Part shown: one piece after another, positions 16,283 through 26,116 of the stretch | Layout: the number at the start of each line of letters is the position of its first letter | How positions within the stretch are numbered: the first letter of the stretch is position 1 | Assembly: GCA_964386385.1 (NCBI GenBank) | Contig: CAYLRN010000001.1 | Span: 172,706-236,705 of the forward strand | Length of the DNA: 64,000 nucleotides | Source of the DNA: an uncultured Lentisphaeraceae bacterium | GTDB lineage: Bacteria; Verrucomicrobiota; Kiritimatiellia; RFP12; UBA1067 | Direction of reading: 5' to 3' | Translations under genes and position numbers: made by a program | The notes under the pieces: generated by a model | Database searches by the model: none | Told to the model about the DNA's origin: nothing | The model's input: only the letters and a program-made list of their open reading frames with translations

Positions 16283-16897
16283 ATGGCAACTCTAAAACTC
16301 GGAATACTCGGTTCGGGCTCGGGCTCGAACATGCAGTCGATCGTAGACGCGATCGAGGCGAAGAGCCTCGACGCCGAAATCAGGCTCGTCCTCGCCGACG
16401 TCCCGGACGCGAAGATACTCGAACGCGGACGGAGGCACGGCATGCCGTCCATGTACCTCGACTGCGCCCCGTGGAAGACGAAACTCGAAGGCCAGGCGGA
16501 AGATCGCTGTATCGACCTCCTGAGGGGGCACGGCTGCGACACCGTCGTCCTCGCCGGATTCATGCGCATCGTCAAGCCGAAACTCCTGGCGGCGTTCCCC
16601 ATGCGCGTCCTTAACGTCCACCCCGCCCTTCTCCCCGCGTTCCCGGGCGTCCACAGCTGGACGCAGGCGCTCGACTACGGATGCAAGGTGGCGGGCGTAA
16701 CCGTCCATTTCGTCGACGCCGGCACCGACTCGGGCCCGATAATCGTGCAGAAGGCCGTGCCCGTCCTTGAAGACGACACGCCGGAGACGCTCCACGCGCG
16801 AATCCAGGAGCAGGAGCATCTCGCGTTCCCGGAGGCCCTGCGCCTTCTGGCGGCCGGCCGCCTTTCCGTGGAGGGGCGCCGCGTCCGGATCAAATAG
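16283..16897 (+). CDS. purN: Phosphoribosylglycinamide formyltransferase
   Basis: MATLKLGILGSGSGSNMQSIVDAI..., VVLAGFMRIV, LNVHPALLPAFPG and VHFVDAGTDSGPIIVQ are classic PurN motifs. Confidence 0.9.
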   Translation: MATLKLGILGSGSGSNMQSIVDAIEAKSLDAEIRLVLADVPDAKILERGRRHGMPSMYLDCAPWKTKLEGQAEDRCIDLLRGHGCDTVVLAGFMRIVKPKLLAAFPMRVLNVHPALLPAFPGVHSWTQALDYGCKVAGVTVHFVDAGTDSGPIIVQKAVPVLEDDTPETLHARIQEQEHLAFPEALRLLAAGRLSVEGRRVRIK

Positions 16898-16951
16898 CCG
16901 TCCGCGCATCCGTGTTCCACAAGACAGGAAACTGAAGAAGAAGGAAGAACC

Positions 16952-18733
16952 ATGAACGGTGCAACGCTGCTGCTCATCGCCACTGCGTGTTTTCTCGTCG
17001 GCTACTTCATCTACTCGAAATTCGTCGGGCGGCTGCTCGGCGTAGACCCGTCGCGGCCTACGCCCGCCGTCTCGATGAACGACGGGGTGGACTACGTGCC
17101 GGCGCATCCCACGGTGCTGTTCGGACACCACTTCGCGGCAATCGCCGGCGCTGGGCCGATCGTCGGCCCCGTCCTCGCCGCCGAGTTCGGCTGGGCGAGC
17201 GTCGCGCTGTGGGTCGTCCTGGGATGCATATTCATAGGCGCCGCGCACGACATGATCTCGCTCTTCCTCTCCGTCCGCCACAAGGGCGAGTCGATCGGCA
17301 GCGTGATCGGCGACATCCTCGGCCGCCCCGGCCGCATCCTGTTCCTCCTCTTCAGCTGGTCCGCGCTCGTCCTCGTCGTCGCCGAGTTCACGCGGCAGAT
17401 CTCCGTGACGTTCGTACAGGACCCGTCCATCGCCTCCGCCTCCCTTCTCTTCATCGGAGAGGCAGTCCTCTTCGGCGTATGCGTGTACCGCCTGAAGATG
17501 AACGTCCTCGTCGCCTCGCTGATATTCGTCCCGGTCATGTTCGGCTTCGTCTGGCTTGGCGGCGTGATCCCGATCGACCTCATGAAGTGCCATGGCTTCA
17601 CTGCGGCGGAGTACTGCAGAGCCCTCGCCTCCGGCACACCGGTCCCGGCCGCGATGGCCGCGGCCGCGCAGAGCGCGCAGACGATATGGACGCTCGTACT
17701 CCTCGCCTACTGCTTCCTCGCCTCCACCCTGCCGGTGTGGCTTCTCCTCCAGCCCCGCGACTACCTCAACGCGTATCTCCTCTACGCGATGATGATCCTC
17801 GGCTTCCTCGGCGTCTTCGTAGCCCACCCGACGCTGCAGACGGACGCCTTCACCGGCCTTTCAGCAATCGGACGCTCCGGCAACCTGGAATACCTCTTCC
17901 CGTTCCTGTTCGTGACAGTCGCCTGCGGCGCCTGCTCCGGCTTCCATGCGCTCGTCGCGAGCGGAACGAGCGCGAAGCAGCTGGACAGCGAAAGGAGCAT
18001 CCGCCCAGTCGCCTACGGCGGAATGCTGCTTGAGGGCGTCCTCGCCGTGATCGCGCTCGTGGGCGTGGCGGGGTCGTTCGCAAGCCAGGCGGAATACGTG
18101 AAAACCCTCCAGGTCACGGAGCCGGTGAACGTGTTCGCATCGACAATCGCCGGCTTCGTCCAGAAGATGGGCTTCCCGGCGGAGACGGCGCGGTCGTTCA
18201 TGCTGCTCTCCGTGTCCGCGTTCCTCATGACGAGCGTCGACGCCGGAACGCGCCTTGCGCGGTTCTCGTGGCAGGAGTTCATCGCCGCCGCGGCGCCGGC
18301 GGAGGAGCGCAAGGAAAAGCCGAGCATCCTCTACCGCGTCTGCCACAACATGTACTTCGGCACGGGCGTCGTCATCGCGCTCGTCTGCGCCCTGCTCCTC
18401 GGCAGCCCGAAGGCGGCGAAGTCGCTCTGGACGATCTTCGCCAGCGCAAACCAGCTGCTCGCGGCCCTGACGCTTCTCACGGCCACGCTCTGGTTCGTCC
18501 GCAGCAAGAAGCCGTGCTGGATCACGCTCGTTCCGACGTGCTTCATGATGACCGTCAGCACGTACGCGCTCATATCCCTCTTCCGCGCGTCCATTGCCGG
18601 CGGGAACTGGACTGTCGTGGGCGCGACGGGATTCCTGATTCTCGTGGCGATCGCGCTGATCCTCTTCTCGCTCTCGTACGTCTACACGCACTTCGCGCCC
18701 GCCGCGAAGAAAGACGCAAACGGCGTCCGGTGA
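16952..18733 (+). CDS. cstA: Carbon starvation protein A (CstA family peptide/pyruvate transporter)
   Basis: 593-aa polytopic membrane protein. YVPAHPTVLFGHHFAAIAGAGPIVGPVLAAEFGW is the CstA signature region. Confidence 0.9.
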   Translation: MNGATLLLIATACFLVGYFIYSKFVGRLLGVDPSRPTPAVSMNDGVDYVPAHPTVLFGHHFAAIAGAGPIVGPVLAAEFGWASVALWVVLGCIFIGAAHDMISLFLSVRHKGESIGSVIGDILGRPGRILFLLFSWSALVLVVAEFTRQISVTFVQDPSIASASLLFIGEAVLFGVCVYRLKMNVLVASLIFVPVMFGFVWLGGVIPIDLMKCHGFTAAEYCRALASGTPVPAAMAAAAQSAQTIWTLVLLAYCFLASTLPVWLLLQPRDYLNAYLLYAMMILGFLGVFVAHPTLQTDAFTGLSAIGRSGNLEYLFPFLFVTVACGACSGFHALVASGTSAKQLDSERSIRPVAYGGMLLEGVLAVIALVGVAGSFASQAEYVKTLQVTEPVNVFASTIAGFVQKMGFPAETARSFMLLSVSAFLMTSVDAGTRLARFSWQEFIAAAAPAEERKEKPSILYRVCHNMYFGTGVVIALVCALLLGSPKAAKSLWTIFASANQLLAALTLLTATLWFVRSKKPCWITLVPTCFMMTVSTYALISLFRASIAGGNWTVVGATGFLILVAIALILFSLSYVYTHFAPAAKKDANGVR

Positions 18734-18755
18734 AAGACGGAAAGGAGACGACGGC

Positions 18756-21700
18756 ATGAAGACGAAACTCCACAGCATCGGCGCGATCGCCGCGCTTGCG
18801 GCGTGTGCCGCCGCGACGGCGGCTGGCGAAAGGCCGCCGATAACGGGCGACGACGCGAAGCGTCCATACGAAATGGTGTGGGCGAACCGCGTGAAGGACC
18901 TGCACGAGCCGTTCGCGCCGCTCACTGACGCGGCGGGCTGGACGGTCGAGGCGAAGAACGCGGTCGCGACGTTCGAGCGTTCGCGCGACCTCCTTCTCTT
19001 CGGCGACGGCACGTGTCGCCTCACGTACCGCGCCACCGGAGAGCGCCCGGTCGTCACGCTCCGCCCGCCGCAGCCGATTCCGGTGAAGGGCCCGTTCGAC
19101 GTCGTGACGTGCTGGGGCTACGGCAACAACCACAACGGCTACGCGCCCGACCCGTCCACGCCGTCCGTGACCGTCACGGCCAATTTCAAGGACGCGGACG
19201 GCAGACCGTTCGCCGTCAAACTGCTCCACGTCAACTACAAGGAGTGGTTCCAGGGATGGACGCGCCTGTCGCCGGAACTCGCCGAACGGGCGAAGCGCGG
19301 CGCAGCGCTCGTCTCGCTCTCCGTGACCGGAGGCGCCAACAGGGAAGACCGCGCAATCCACCTCAACAGCCTCTGCGCGTTCGTCGAAGAGCTAAAGCCC
19401 CTCTCCTTCGCGCCGCGCGCGAAGCGTCCGAACCGCGTCTTCCCCGACGCCCCCGCCGGAAACAACGTCGGAACGGGACTTCTCCCCTTCCCGAACACGC
19501 CGCTCGGCGCGACGCCGAAGACGCGCCCCGCGCCAGAACTTGAAATCCGGCTTCCATCGCAGGCGTCCGACTGGTCGGGTCTCGCGTTCCGCTGGAAAGG
19601 CGGCGACTGGCGGCGAGTGGCGGACGGCGGCGGCCTATGGTTCGCCGATCTGCCCGCCGGACGCGAAAGGGCGAGGGGCAGGAGCCGTCGCCGCGTGGAG
19701 ACGGAGACGAGCGTCGTCACGAACCGCGCCGCGCCGCTGGACGTCACGCTGACCGGACGCCTGGCGCCCGGCGGCGACTTCGTGCGCGCCCGCTTCCACG
19801 TGGAAGGACGCTCGCTCGTCGTGGACGTCGCGACGGACGCGAAGGACGTCCGCGAAGTCCGCTTCGGCGCCTGGGCCGATCCGCCCGCCGACGCGCAGTA
19901 CGTCCGCCTCCCATACTACTCCTACGGCAACTGGGGCGCCGCCGAGCGCCCTGGCGTAATCGCCACGGAACGGAACGGCTGTCCCCTCTTCCACGCGGCG
20001 ACGATGGACTGGACGCAGTCGAACGCAAGCACTCCCGTCGGCGGCTCGCTACGCTGGGACGGCGCGCTGGCCGCCAACGGCGGAACGCTCTACGCCGAAA
20101 AGACAGACGGAACGCGGAACGTCTGCCGCGAACGATTCATCTACAGCTTCTCGGACACGTTCGCCGACGTCCTCCCCAACGTCCCCAACCCGCCCAGCCC
20201 CTGGCGCCATGTCACCGGCACTGGCGTCTGGCGCGCGCACGGCGCCGGCAACCGCGAACGCGACAAGGCGTACTGGCGCGGAGTCCGCGCGCGCGGCCTC
20301 AAGCACGTCATTGTCACCGACCACGAGACCTGCTGGCGCGACGGCGACGAGAGCTTCACGTTCAGGACCGACCCCGCGCCCAAAAAGGGCGGCGACAGGG
20401 GAATGCACGACTACGCCCGCGTGATGATCGACGAACTCGGATTCGTCTACGGCCCCTACAACAACTTCACCGACTTCGCGCCGGTCAACGCGAACTGGCA
20501 TCCCGACCGCGTGTCGCGGCGCGCCGACGGCTCATTCCAGACCGCCTGGGTGCGCTGCTACGCGCCAAAGCCCGCATACGCCGTCGAGGCGTGCGCCGAG
20601 TTCACGCCGATAAACCAGAGGAAGTTCGGCTTCAACACCGCGTACTGCGACGTCCACACCGCAGTGACGCCGTGGAGCCGGACGGACTTCGACGCGCGCG
20701 TCCCCGGCGCCGGCGCGTTCGCCTCCACGTTCTACGCGTTCGGCGAGATAATGCTGATCCAGCGGACGAACTGGCGCGGACCCGTCTACTCCGAGGGCGG
20801 CTTCCACTGGATGTACTGCGGCCTCACGGACGGCAACTACGCGCAGGACCAGAGCTACAACATATCCGCCAACCCCTGGCTCGTCGACTTCGACCTCCTT
20901 CGCCTCCACCCGCTCGCCTGCAACTTCGGCATGGGCGACGTCGGAATGTTCTATCCCGGCAAGTCCGCGCCGAAGGACGCCGACGAGAAGGTCGACCGCT
21001 TCCTCGCCGCGACTGTGGCGTTCGGCCACCCGGGCTTTCTCGTCCATTCCCAGAAAATGGAGGACCGCAGCTACTTCATGGTGCAGGCCCTCGCCGCCCG
21101 CTACACGCAGGCCGAGGCCGCCGAGATCCGCTACTTCGACGCGCACGGCGTCGCCCACGACACGTCGCGCGCCGTCCTGAACGGCGCGTTCAGGCGCTCG
21201 CAGGTGGCGGTGACGTACACGGACGGCACGTTCGTCGCGGCGAACGGGTCGCGGACAGAGCCGATGAAACTGCCATGCGGCGTCTGGCTGCCGCCGAACG
21301 GCTACTGCGGATGGACGGCGGACGGCGCCGTATTCGTCTTCAGCGGCCTCGTCGACGGCCACCGCGTCGACTGCTCCGTCTCGCCCGAATACGTCTACAT
21401 GGACGGCCGCGGCGTCGAGACGAAGCTGCCGTGCGGCACGTGCAAGGGCGCGATCGCGCGCCTGCGCGAAAAGGACGCCGGTCTCTGGCCCTCGCCCTCA
21501 ATCGCAGACTTCGCCGCGCGCAGCGCTCCGCCCGCCGGCGCATTCAAGCCGCCCGCCGCGGCGGCGGACGGCGCAATGGAGCTTCCGCCGCTCTTCTGCG
21601 TGGCGATGGAACGTCGCGGACAGGAGATGGAGGAGGTGCAGCCCGAATCCGGCGCATACGCCGGCAAGGGCGGCATGGCAAGCGGCGGCGCATGGAAGAC

Positions 21701-22055
21701 CGGCCTCACCATGCACCCGCCATACCGCGGCGGCGCCGGGCGCGTCTTCGCGCAGTACAGCCTGTCCATGCCGCAGCGCCCAATGGCGTTCACGGCGCTA
21801 GTGGGCAAGGGCGACGGCAGCGACCTCGGCGATGGAATATTCTACTCCGTCGAGGTACTGGACGCGGACGGAAAGACCACGACCGTCGCGTCCGTCCACA
21901 TCGCCAGGCACCAGTGGCTGCCGATCGCGGCAGACCTTTCGCCGTGGGCAGGCAGACGGGTGAGACTGCGCCTTGTCGCCGACTGCGGCCCCGCCGGCAA
22001 CACGGCGGGCGACTGGGCGGCGTGGGCGGACCTCGCCCTCGCGCCCGCGAAATGA
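18756..22055 (+). CDS. Large secreted protein of unknown family, likely glycan-active, with a C-terminal NPCBM-like domain
   Basis: Signal peptide MKTKLHSIGAIAALAACAAATAAG. A central region rich in W/Y/D/H resembles a glycosidase. The C-terminal ~170 aa (...GLTMHPPYRGGAGRVFAQYSL...FTALVGKGDGSDLGDGIFYSVEVLDADGK...LSPWAGRRVRLRLVADCG...GDWAAWADLAL) fits the NPCBM/NEW2 pattern. It sits next to GH2, ROK and CE7 genes. Confidence 0.55.
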   Translation: MKTKLHSIGAIAALAACAAATAAGERPPITGDDAKRPYEMVWANRVKDLHEPFAPLTDAAGWTVEAKNAVATFERSRDLLLFGDGTCRLTYRATGERPVVTLRPPQPIPVKGPFDVVTCWGYGNNHNGYAPDPSTPSVTVTANFKDADGRPFAVKLLHVNYKEWFQGWTRLSPELAERAKRGAALVSLSVTGGANREDRAIHLNSLCAFVEELKPLSFAPRAKRPNRVFPDAPAGNNVGTGLLPFPNTPLGATPKTRPAPELEIRLPSQASDWSGLAFRWKGGDWRRVADGGGLWFADLPAGRERARGRSRRRVETETSVVTNRAAPLDVTLTGRLAPGGDFVRARFHVEGRSLVVDVATDAKDVREVRFGAWADPPADAQYVRLPYYSYGNWGAAERPGVIATERNGCPLFHAATMDWTQSNASTPVGGSLRWDGALAANGGTLYAEKTDGTRNVCRERFIYSFSDTFADVLPNVPNPPSPWRHVTGTGVWRAHGAGNRERDKAYWRGVRARGLKHVIVTDHETCWRDGDESFTFRTDPAPKKGGDRGMHDYARVMIDELGFVYGPYNNFTDFAPVNANWHPDRVSRRADGSFQTAWVRCYAPKPAYAVEACAEFTPINQRKFGFNTAYCDVHTAVTPWSRTDFDARVPGAGAFASTFYAFGEIMLIQRTNWRGPVYSEGGFHWMYCGLTDGNYAQDQSYNISANPWLVDFDLLRLHPLACNFGMGDVGMFYPGKSAPKDADEKVDRFLAATVAFGHPGFLVHSQKMEDRSYFMVQALAARYTQAEAAEIRYFDAHGVAHDTSRAVLNGAFRRSQVAVTYTDGTFVAANGSRTEPMKLPCGVWLPPNGYCGWTADGAVFVFSGLVDGHRVDCSVSPEYVYMDGRGVETKLPCGTCKGAIARLREKDAGLWPSPSIADFAARSAPPAGAFKPPAAAADGAMELPPLFCVAMERRGQEMEEVQPESGAYAGKGGMASGGAWKTGLTMHPPYRGGAGRVFAQYSLSMPQRPMAFTALVGKGDGSDLGDGIFYSVEVLDADGKTTTVASVHIARHQWLPIAADLSPWAGRRVRLRLVADCGPAGNTAGDWAAWADLALAPAK

Positions 22056-22109
22056 CGACGGCATTCAGAACGAACCGGTTTCACAGACAAACACACAGCG
22101 AGACTACTG

Positions 22110-24875
22110 ATGAAAAAGACAATGCTGGCATTCATGGCCATCTGCGCCACCGCCTTCGCGGGCGCCGCGACTGCGGACATCCCGCTGCCGGAGCACCCGC
22201 GTCCCGACTGGGAGCGCCCGCAGTGGATGAACCTCAACGGCACGTGGAAGTTCGCCTTCGACAAAAAGGACTGCGGCGTGAAGGACAAATGGTTCAACGC
22301 CGACGACAAGACGTTCGGCCAGACGATCTGCGTCCCCTTCCCCTGGGGCAGCAAGCTCTCCGGCGTCAAGGACGAGGCCGACATCGGCTGGTACCGCCGC
22401 GACGTCGTCGTCCCCGAATCGTGGAAGGGAAAACGCGTCTTCCTCGTCGTCGGCGCGTCCGACCACGACACCACCTGCTGGTTCGACGGCAGCCGCCTCG
22501 GCGAGCATTCCGGCGGCTACCTTCCCTTTGAATTCGAGCTGACCGACCACGTGAAGTGGGGAGAGGCGCAGAAGGTCACCCTCCGCGCATGGGACGCGCC
22601 CGGCGCGATGGCGCACCACGACTGGCGCCTCTTCGGAAAGCAGGGCTACGGCAACGCGCGCGGAGTGTGGCAGACCGTCTACCTGGAGGCGCGCGGCGCG
22701 GAGTTCATCGACTCGATCCGCTTCACGCCCGACGTCGCGAACGGCGCGGTGACGGCCGAGGTGAAACTCGCCGCCCCGGCGAAAAAACCGCTCCAGTTCG
22801 AGCTGCAGTTCAAGAAGGAGGACAGGCCAGAGCCGGCGAAGGCGTCGTTCGCGCCCGGCAAGATGGCGGCCACAATCAAGATTCCCCTTCCGGGCGCGAA
22901 GCTCTGGAACCTTGACAGCCCGTACCTCTACGAGGTGCACGCGGTGCTTTCAGGAGAGGGGACGCGAGACGAAGTCTCGGCGTACTTCGGAATGCGCGAA
23001 GTGTCCGTCGGCAAAACGCCCGGCCCCAACGGCCATCCGTACGTCACGCTCAACGGAAAGCCCATCTACCTCCAGCTTACCCTCGACCAGAGCTACCACC
23101 CGGACGGGTTCTACACGTTCCCGACCGACGAGTTCATGAAGAACGAGATCCTCATATCGAAGAACCTCGCCCTCTCCGGAAACCGCGTCCACATCAAGGT
23201 GGAAATCCCCCGCAAACTCTACTGGGCCGACAAGCTCGGACTCCTGATCATGGCCGACGTCCCGTGCGCGTGGGGTCCCGCCTCCGAGGCAATGTTCCGC
23301 GAACACTGGTTCTGCTTCGAGGACATGGTCAAGCGCGACTACAACCATCCCTCCATCTTCTCGTGGGTGCTCTTCAACGAGACGTGGGGGCTTTTCGCCG
23401 ACGGCGAGAACTGGGGCGGAAACCGCGCCAACCGCTACGCACCGTGGGTGCGCAGGAAAGTCGCGGAGGCCTACGCGAAGGCGAAGGCGCTTGACGCGAC
23501 ACGCCTTGTGGAGGACAACTCGCCCTGCAACCGCGACCACGTGGTGACCGACATCAACACCTGGCACAACTACCGCCCCGGATTCGACTGGGAGCGCACC
23601 GTCTCCTCCGTCTGCAACGAGACGTTCGCCGGCTCGAAGGCTAACTACATCGGCGGATTCGTCCAGGGCGCCGAGCCCATGTTCAACTCCGAATGCGGAA
23701 ACGTGTGGGGCTACCAGGGCTCTACGGGCGACGTCGACTGGAGCTGGGACTACCACATGATGATCAATGCCTTCCGCCGCCACCTGAAATGCGGTGGATG
23801 GCTCTACACGGAACACCACGACGTCATCAACGAATGGAACGGCTACGTCCGGTTCGACCGCACGGAGAAGTACACCGGCATCGAGGAGCTCTTCCCGGGA
23901 ATGTCGCTCAAGGACCTGCACGCGGACGCCTATCTTCCGCTTGACGTGGAACTCTGCCGCGAATTCAAGGCGGGCGAGACGTGGACGATGCCAGTGGACG
24001 TCTCGCTCACGACGGAGAAGTACGCCGGCCGCGCGCTTGACGTCCTCTGCCAGGTCCGCCACTGGAACGCCGCCGGAAAACTCGTCGAAGGGCCGGTCGC
24101 GAAGGTCAAGTCCTTCGTCGCCACGACATGGCAGAACGGCCGCGTCGCCGACGTGCCGGTGAAGCTCCCCGGTGAAACCGCCTGCGGAACGATCTGCTTC
24201 ACGCTCATGGACGGCGGCAAGCCAGTGGCGCGCAACTTCGCCTGCTTCGTGACGCGCGGCGAAAACGCCGGCGCGGTCTCCGTTCCGGCATCCGCATTCG
24301 CCAAGGCCGAATGGTCGCAGAAGCAGTGGAGCGCGATGGGCGGCGCGAAGGCGAACGGCGCCGGAAAGGGATTCTTCGAATACGAGTTCTCCGGCGTCCC
24401 GGCGGACAAGGCCGCCACTTTCCGCGCCGAAGTCGGCGCGAAGCGTCTGAACGGCAAGGACTCGAAGGACGTGGACAAGGGAGTCCGCGACCTCGACTGC
24501 ATGCTCGGCGGCGGCTTCGCCGACAGGTCGAAGAACCCGAACAGCTACCCAATGACGTGCACTGAAAAGTGGTCCTCCACCGTCAAGGTCTACGCAAACG
24601 GCGAACTCGTCAAGACGGTCGCCCTTCCGGACGACCCCGCCGACCACCGCGGCATTCTCTCCTGGTTCGCGCAGAAGCGTCCGTCCAAGGGCGCCGCCAC
24701 GCTCGACGAGGCGGGTTCGTACGGCTATCTCGTCGAGGCGGAAATCCCCGCCGCCATTGTCGCGAAGGGCGGCGGCAAGGTGACGATCCGGCTCGAGACG
24801 GAGAAGAACGGCATCGCCGTCTACGGCGCGAAGGCCGGACGCCTTCCGCTCGACCCGACAATCGCCGTCAAGTGA
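22110..24875 (+). CDS. Glycoside hydrolase family 2 (beta-galactosidase/beta-glucuronidase-like), secreted
   Basis: Signal peptide MKKTMLAFMAICATAFAGA. GH2 sugar-binding region: WYRRDVVVPESWKGKRVFLVVGASDHDTTCWFDGSRLGEHSGGYLPFEFELT. Acid/base region WVLFNETWG and nucleophile region FNSECGNVWG. Confidence 0.85.
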   Translation: MKKTMLAFMAICATAFAGAATADIPLPEHPRPDWERPQWMNLNGTWKFAFDKKDCGVKDKWFNADDKTFGQTICVPFPWGSKLSGVKDEADIGWYRRDVVVPESWKGKRVFLVVGASDHDTTCWFDGSRLGEHSGGYLPFEFELTDHVKWGEAQKVTLRAWDAPGAMAHHDWRLFGKQGYGNARGVWQTVYLEARGAEFIDSIRFTPDVANGAVTAEVKLAAPAKKPLQFELQFKKEDRPEPAKASFAPGKMAATIKIPLPGAKLWNLDSPYLYEVHAVLSGEGTRDEVSAYFGMREVSVGKTPGPNGHPYVTLNGKPIYLQLTLDQSYHPDGFYTFPTDEFMKNEILISKNLALSGNRVHIKVEIPRKLYWADKLGLLIMADVPCAWGPASEAMFREHWFCFEDMVKRDYNHPSIFSWVLFNETWGLFADGENWGGNRANRYAPWVRRKVAEAYAKAKALDATRLVEDNSPCNRDHVVTDINTWHNYRPGFDWERTVSSVCNETFAGSKANYIGGFVQGAEPMFNSECGNVWGYQGSTGDVDWSWDYHMMINAFRRHLKCGGWLYTEHHDVINEWNGYVRFDRTEKYTGIEELFPGMSLKDLHADAYLPLDVELCREFKAGETWTMPVDVSLTTEKYAGRALDVLCQVRHWNAAGKLVEGPVAKVKSFVATTWQNGRVADVPVKLPGETACGTICFTLMDGGKPVARNFACFVTRGENAGAVSVPASAFAKAEWSQKQWSAMGGAKANGAGKGFFEYEFSGVPADKAATFRAEVGAKRLNGKDSKDVDKGVRDLDCMLGGGFADRSKNPNSYPMTCTEKWSSTVKVYANGELVKTVALPDDPADHRGILSWFAQKRPSKGAATLDEAGSYGYLVEAEIPAAIVAKGGGKVTIRLETEKNGIAVYGAKAGRLPLDPTIAVK

Positions 24876-24887
24876 GAAGGAGGCAAT

Positions 24888-25835
24888 ATGCAGTATTCCG
24901 TTGGCCTTGACATCGGCGGCACGAAATGCGCCGTCTGCCTTGGCTCGGTGGGCGAGTCCGGCGTGGACGTTAAGTTCCGCGTCGAATTCCCCACCGCCGG
25001 CAAGACGTGGCAGGAAGTGCTTGCGATCTACACGGACAAGATCCAGGAACTTTCCAACCAGTACGAAATCGCCAACATCGGCATCTCCTGCGGCGGGCCG
25101 CTGGATTCAAGACGCGGACTCATACAAAGCCCGCCGAACCTCCCCGGATGGGACGACGTGCCGATCGTCCAGTACTTCAAGGACCAGTTCGACGTCCCCG
25201 TCCACGTGCAGAACGACGCGAACGCCTGCGCCCTCGCCGAGGCGAAGTTCGGCGCCGGGCGCGGCGCGCGCAACGTCGTCTTCATGACGTTCGGCACGGG
25301 CCTGGGCGCCGGGCTTGTCCTTGACGGCAAACTGTACTCCGGCACGAACGACAACGCGGGCGAGATCGGACACGTCCGCCTCGCCCCGCGCGGGCCGAAG
25401 GGCTACAACAAGGACGGCAGCGCCGAGGGCTTCTGCTCCGGCGCCGGCATCGCCCGCCTCGCCGGCATCCGCGCGCGTGAACTGGAAATGGAGTTCGCCA
25501 ATTCCGAAAGCGCAAAGAAAGCCCGCGCCGACGAACTGACGACGAAGGACATCTTCGGCTACGTTCGCTCCGGCGACCCCTTCTGCACCCGCGTCTTCAA
25601 GGAGAGCGCGGAAAAGCTGGGGCAGATCCTCGCCTTCACGATCGACGTCCTGAATCCGGAGGTCATCGTCCTCGGCGGAGTGTTCATGCGCAACGCAGAC
25701 CTCTTCATGCGCGAGCTCGAGCCGATTCTCGAACGCGAGGCCCTGCCCGGAGCGCTGAAGGTCTGCCGCATCGTCCCCGCCGGCATCGGCGAGAACATCG
25801 GCGACTACGCCGCCCTCGCCGTCGCGAACATGTAG
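24888..25835 (+). CDS. ROK family sugar kinase
   Basis: MQYSVGLDIGGTKCAV..., NDANACALAE and GTGLGAGLVLDGKLYSG..NAGEIGH are ROK motifs. The usual CxCGxxGC zinc motif is not evident. Confidence 0.8.
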   Translation: MQYSVGLDIGGTKCAVCLGSVGESGVDVKFRVEFPTAGKTWQEVLAIYTDKIQELSNQYEIANIGISCGGPLDSRRGLIQSPPNLPGWDDVPIVQYFKDQFDVPVHVQNDANACALAEAKFGAGRGARNVVFMTFGTGLGAGLVLDGKLYSGTNDNAGEIGHVRLAPRGPKGYNKDGSAEGFCSGAGIARLAGIRARELEMEFANSESAKKARADELTTKDIFGYVRSGDPFCTRVFKESAEKLGQILAFTIDVLNPEVIVLGGVFMRNADLFMRELEPILEREALPGALKVCRIVPAGIGENIGDYAALAVANM

Positions 25836-25893
25836 TCGCGTAAAATCGCGCGTGACATTCAAGGGAATATGCCGGCATTCGCCCCATCCTATT

Positions 25894-26054
25894 TGGGAGG
25901 GTCGCGCTCCTGCGCGACCGAGACACGAGCCTCCATGCGGCGGCGGACGCGCAGGAGCGCGTCCCTCCCGCTTTCGTCGCTGCCGCGACGCTCCCATCGT
26001 CCCGAACACCGTCCCGTCGGCGGGTTCTGCATTGCGCGACGGCCTCGTCGCGCC
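25894..26054. repeat. Intergenic GC-hairpin repeat cluster C
   Basis: TGGGAGG-GTCGCGC-TCCT-GCGCGAC at 25894-25918. An inverted copy GGACGCGC-AGGA-GCGCGTCC-CTCCC at 25945-25969. GCGCGACG-GCCT-CGTCGCGC at 26034-26053. Confidence 0.8.
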
Positions 26055-26116
26055 AATCTCCGAATCGGACCTTTGGTAAAACTTAAAGTCAACGCGCAAA
26101 GGAAAGGACATCTGAC

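Noticed and set aside
16292-19057. Minus-strand ORFs 16292..17827 (511 aa) and 17861..19057 (398 aa)
   Set aside because: They are antisense to purN and cstA, which have unambiguous family signatures. Their composition is dominated by R, E, D, G and A repeats.
19637-22531. 964-aa plus-strand ORF, one of the longest in the track
   Set aside because: It is extremely rich in Arg, Pro, Ala and Gly, with long RRRR runs and no recognisable motifs. It is an alternative frame of the convincing genes 18756..22055 and 22110..24875. This is a typical stop-free shadow frame in high-GC DNA.
22950-24647. 565-aa minus-strand ORF
   Set aside because: It is antisense to the GH2 gene. It has no motifs and is rich in Val, Arg, Ala and Gly.
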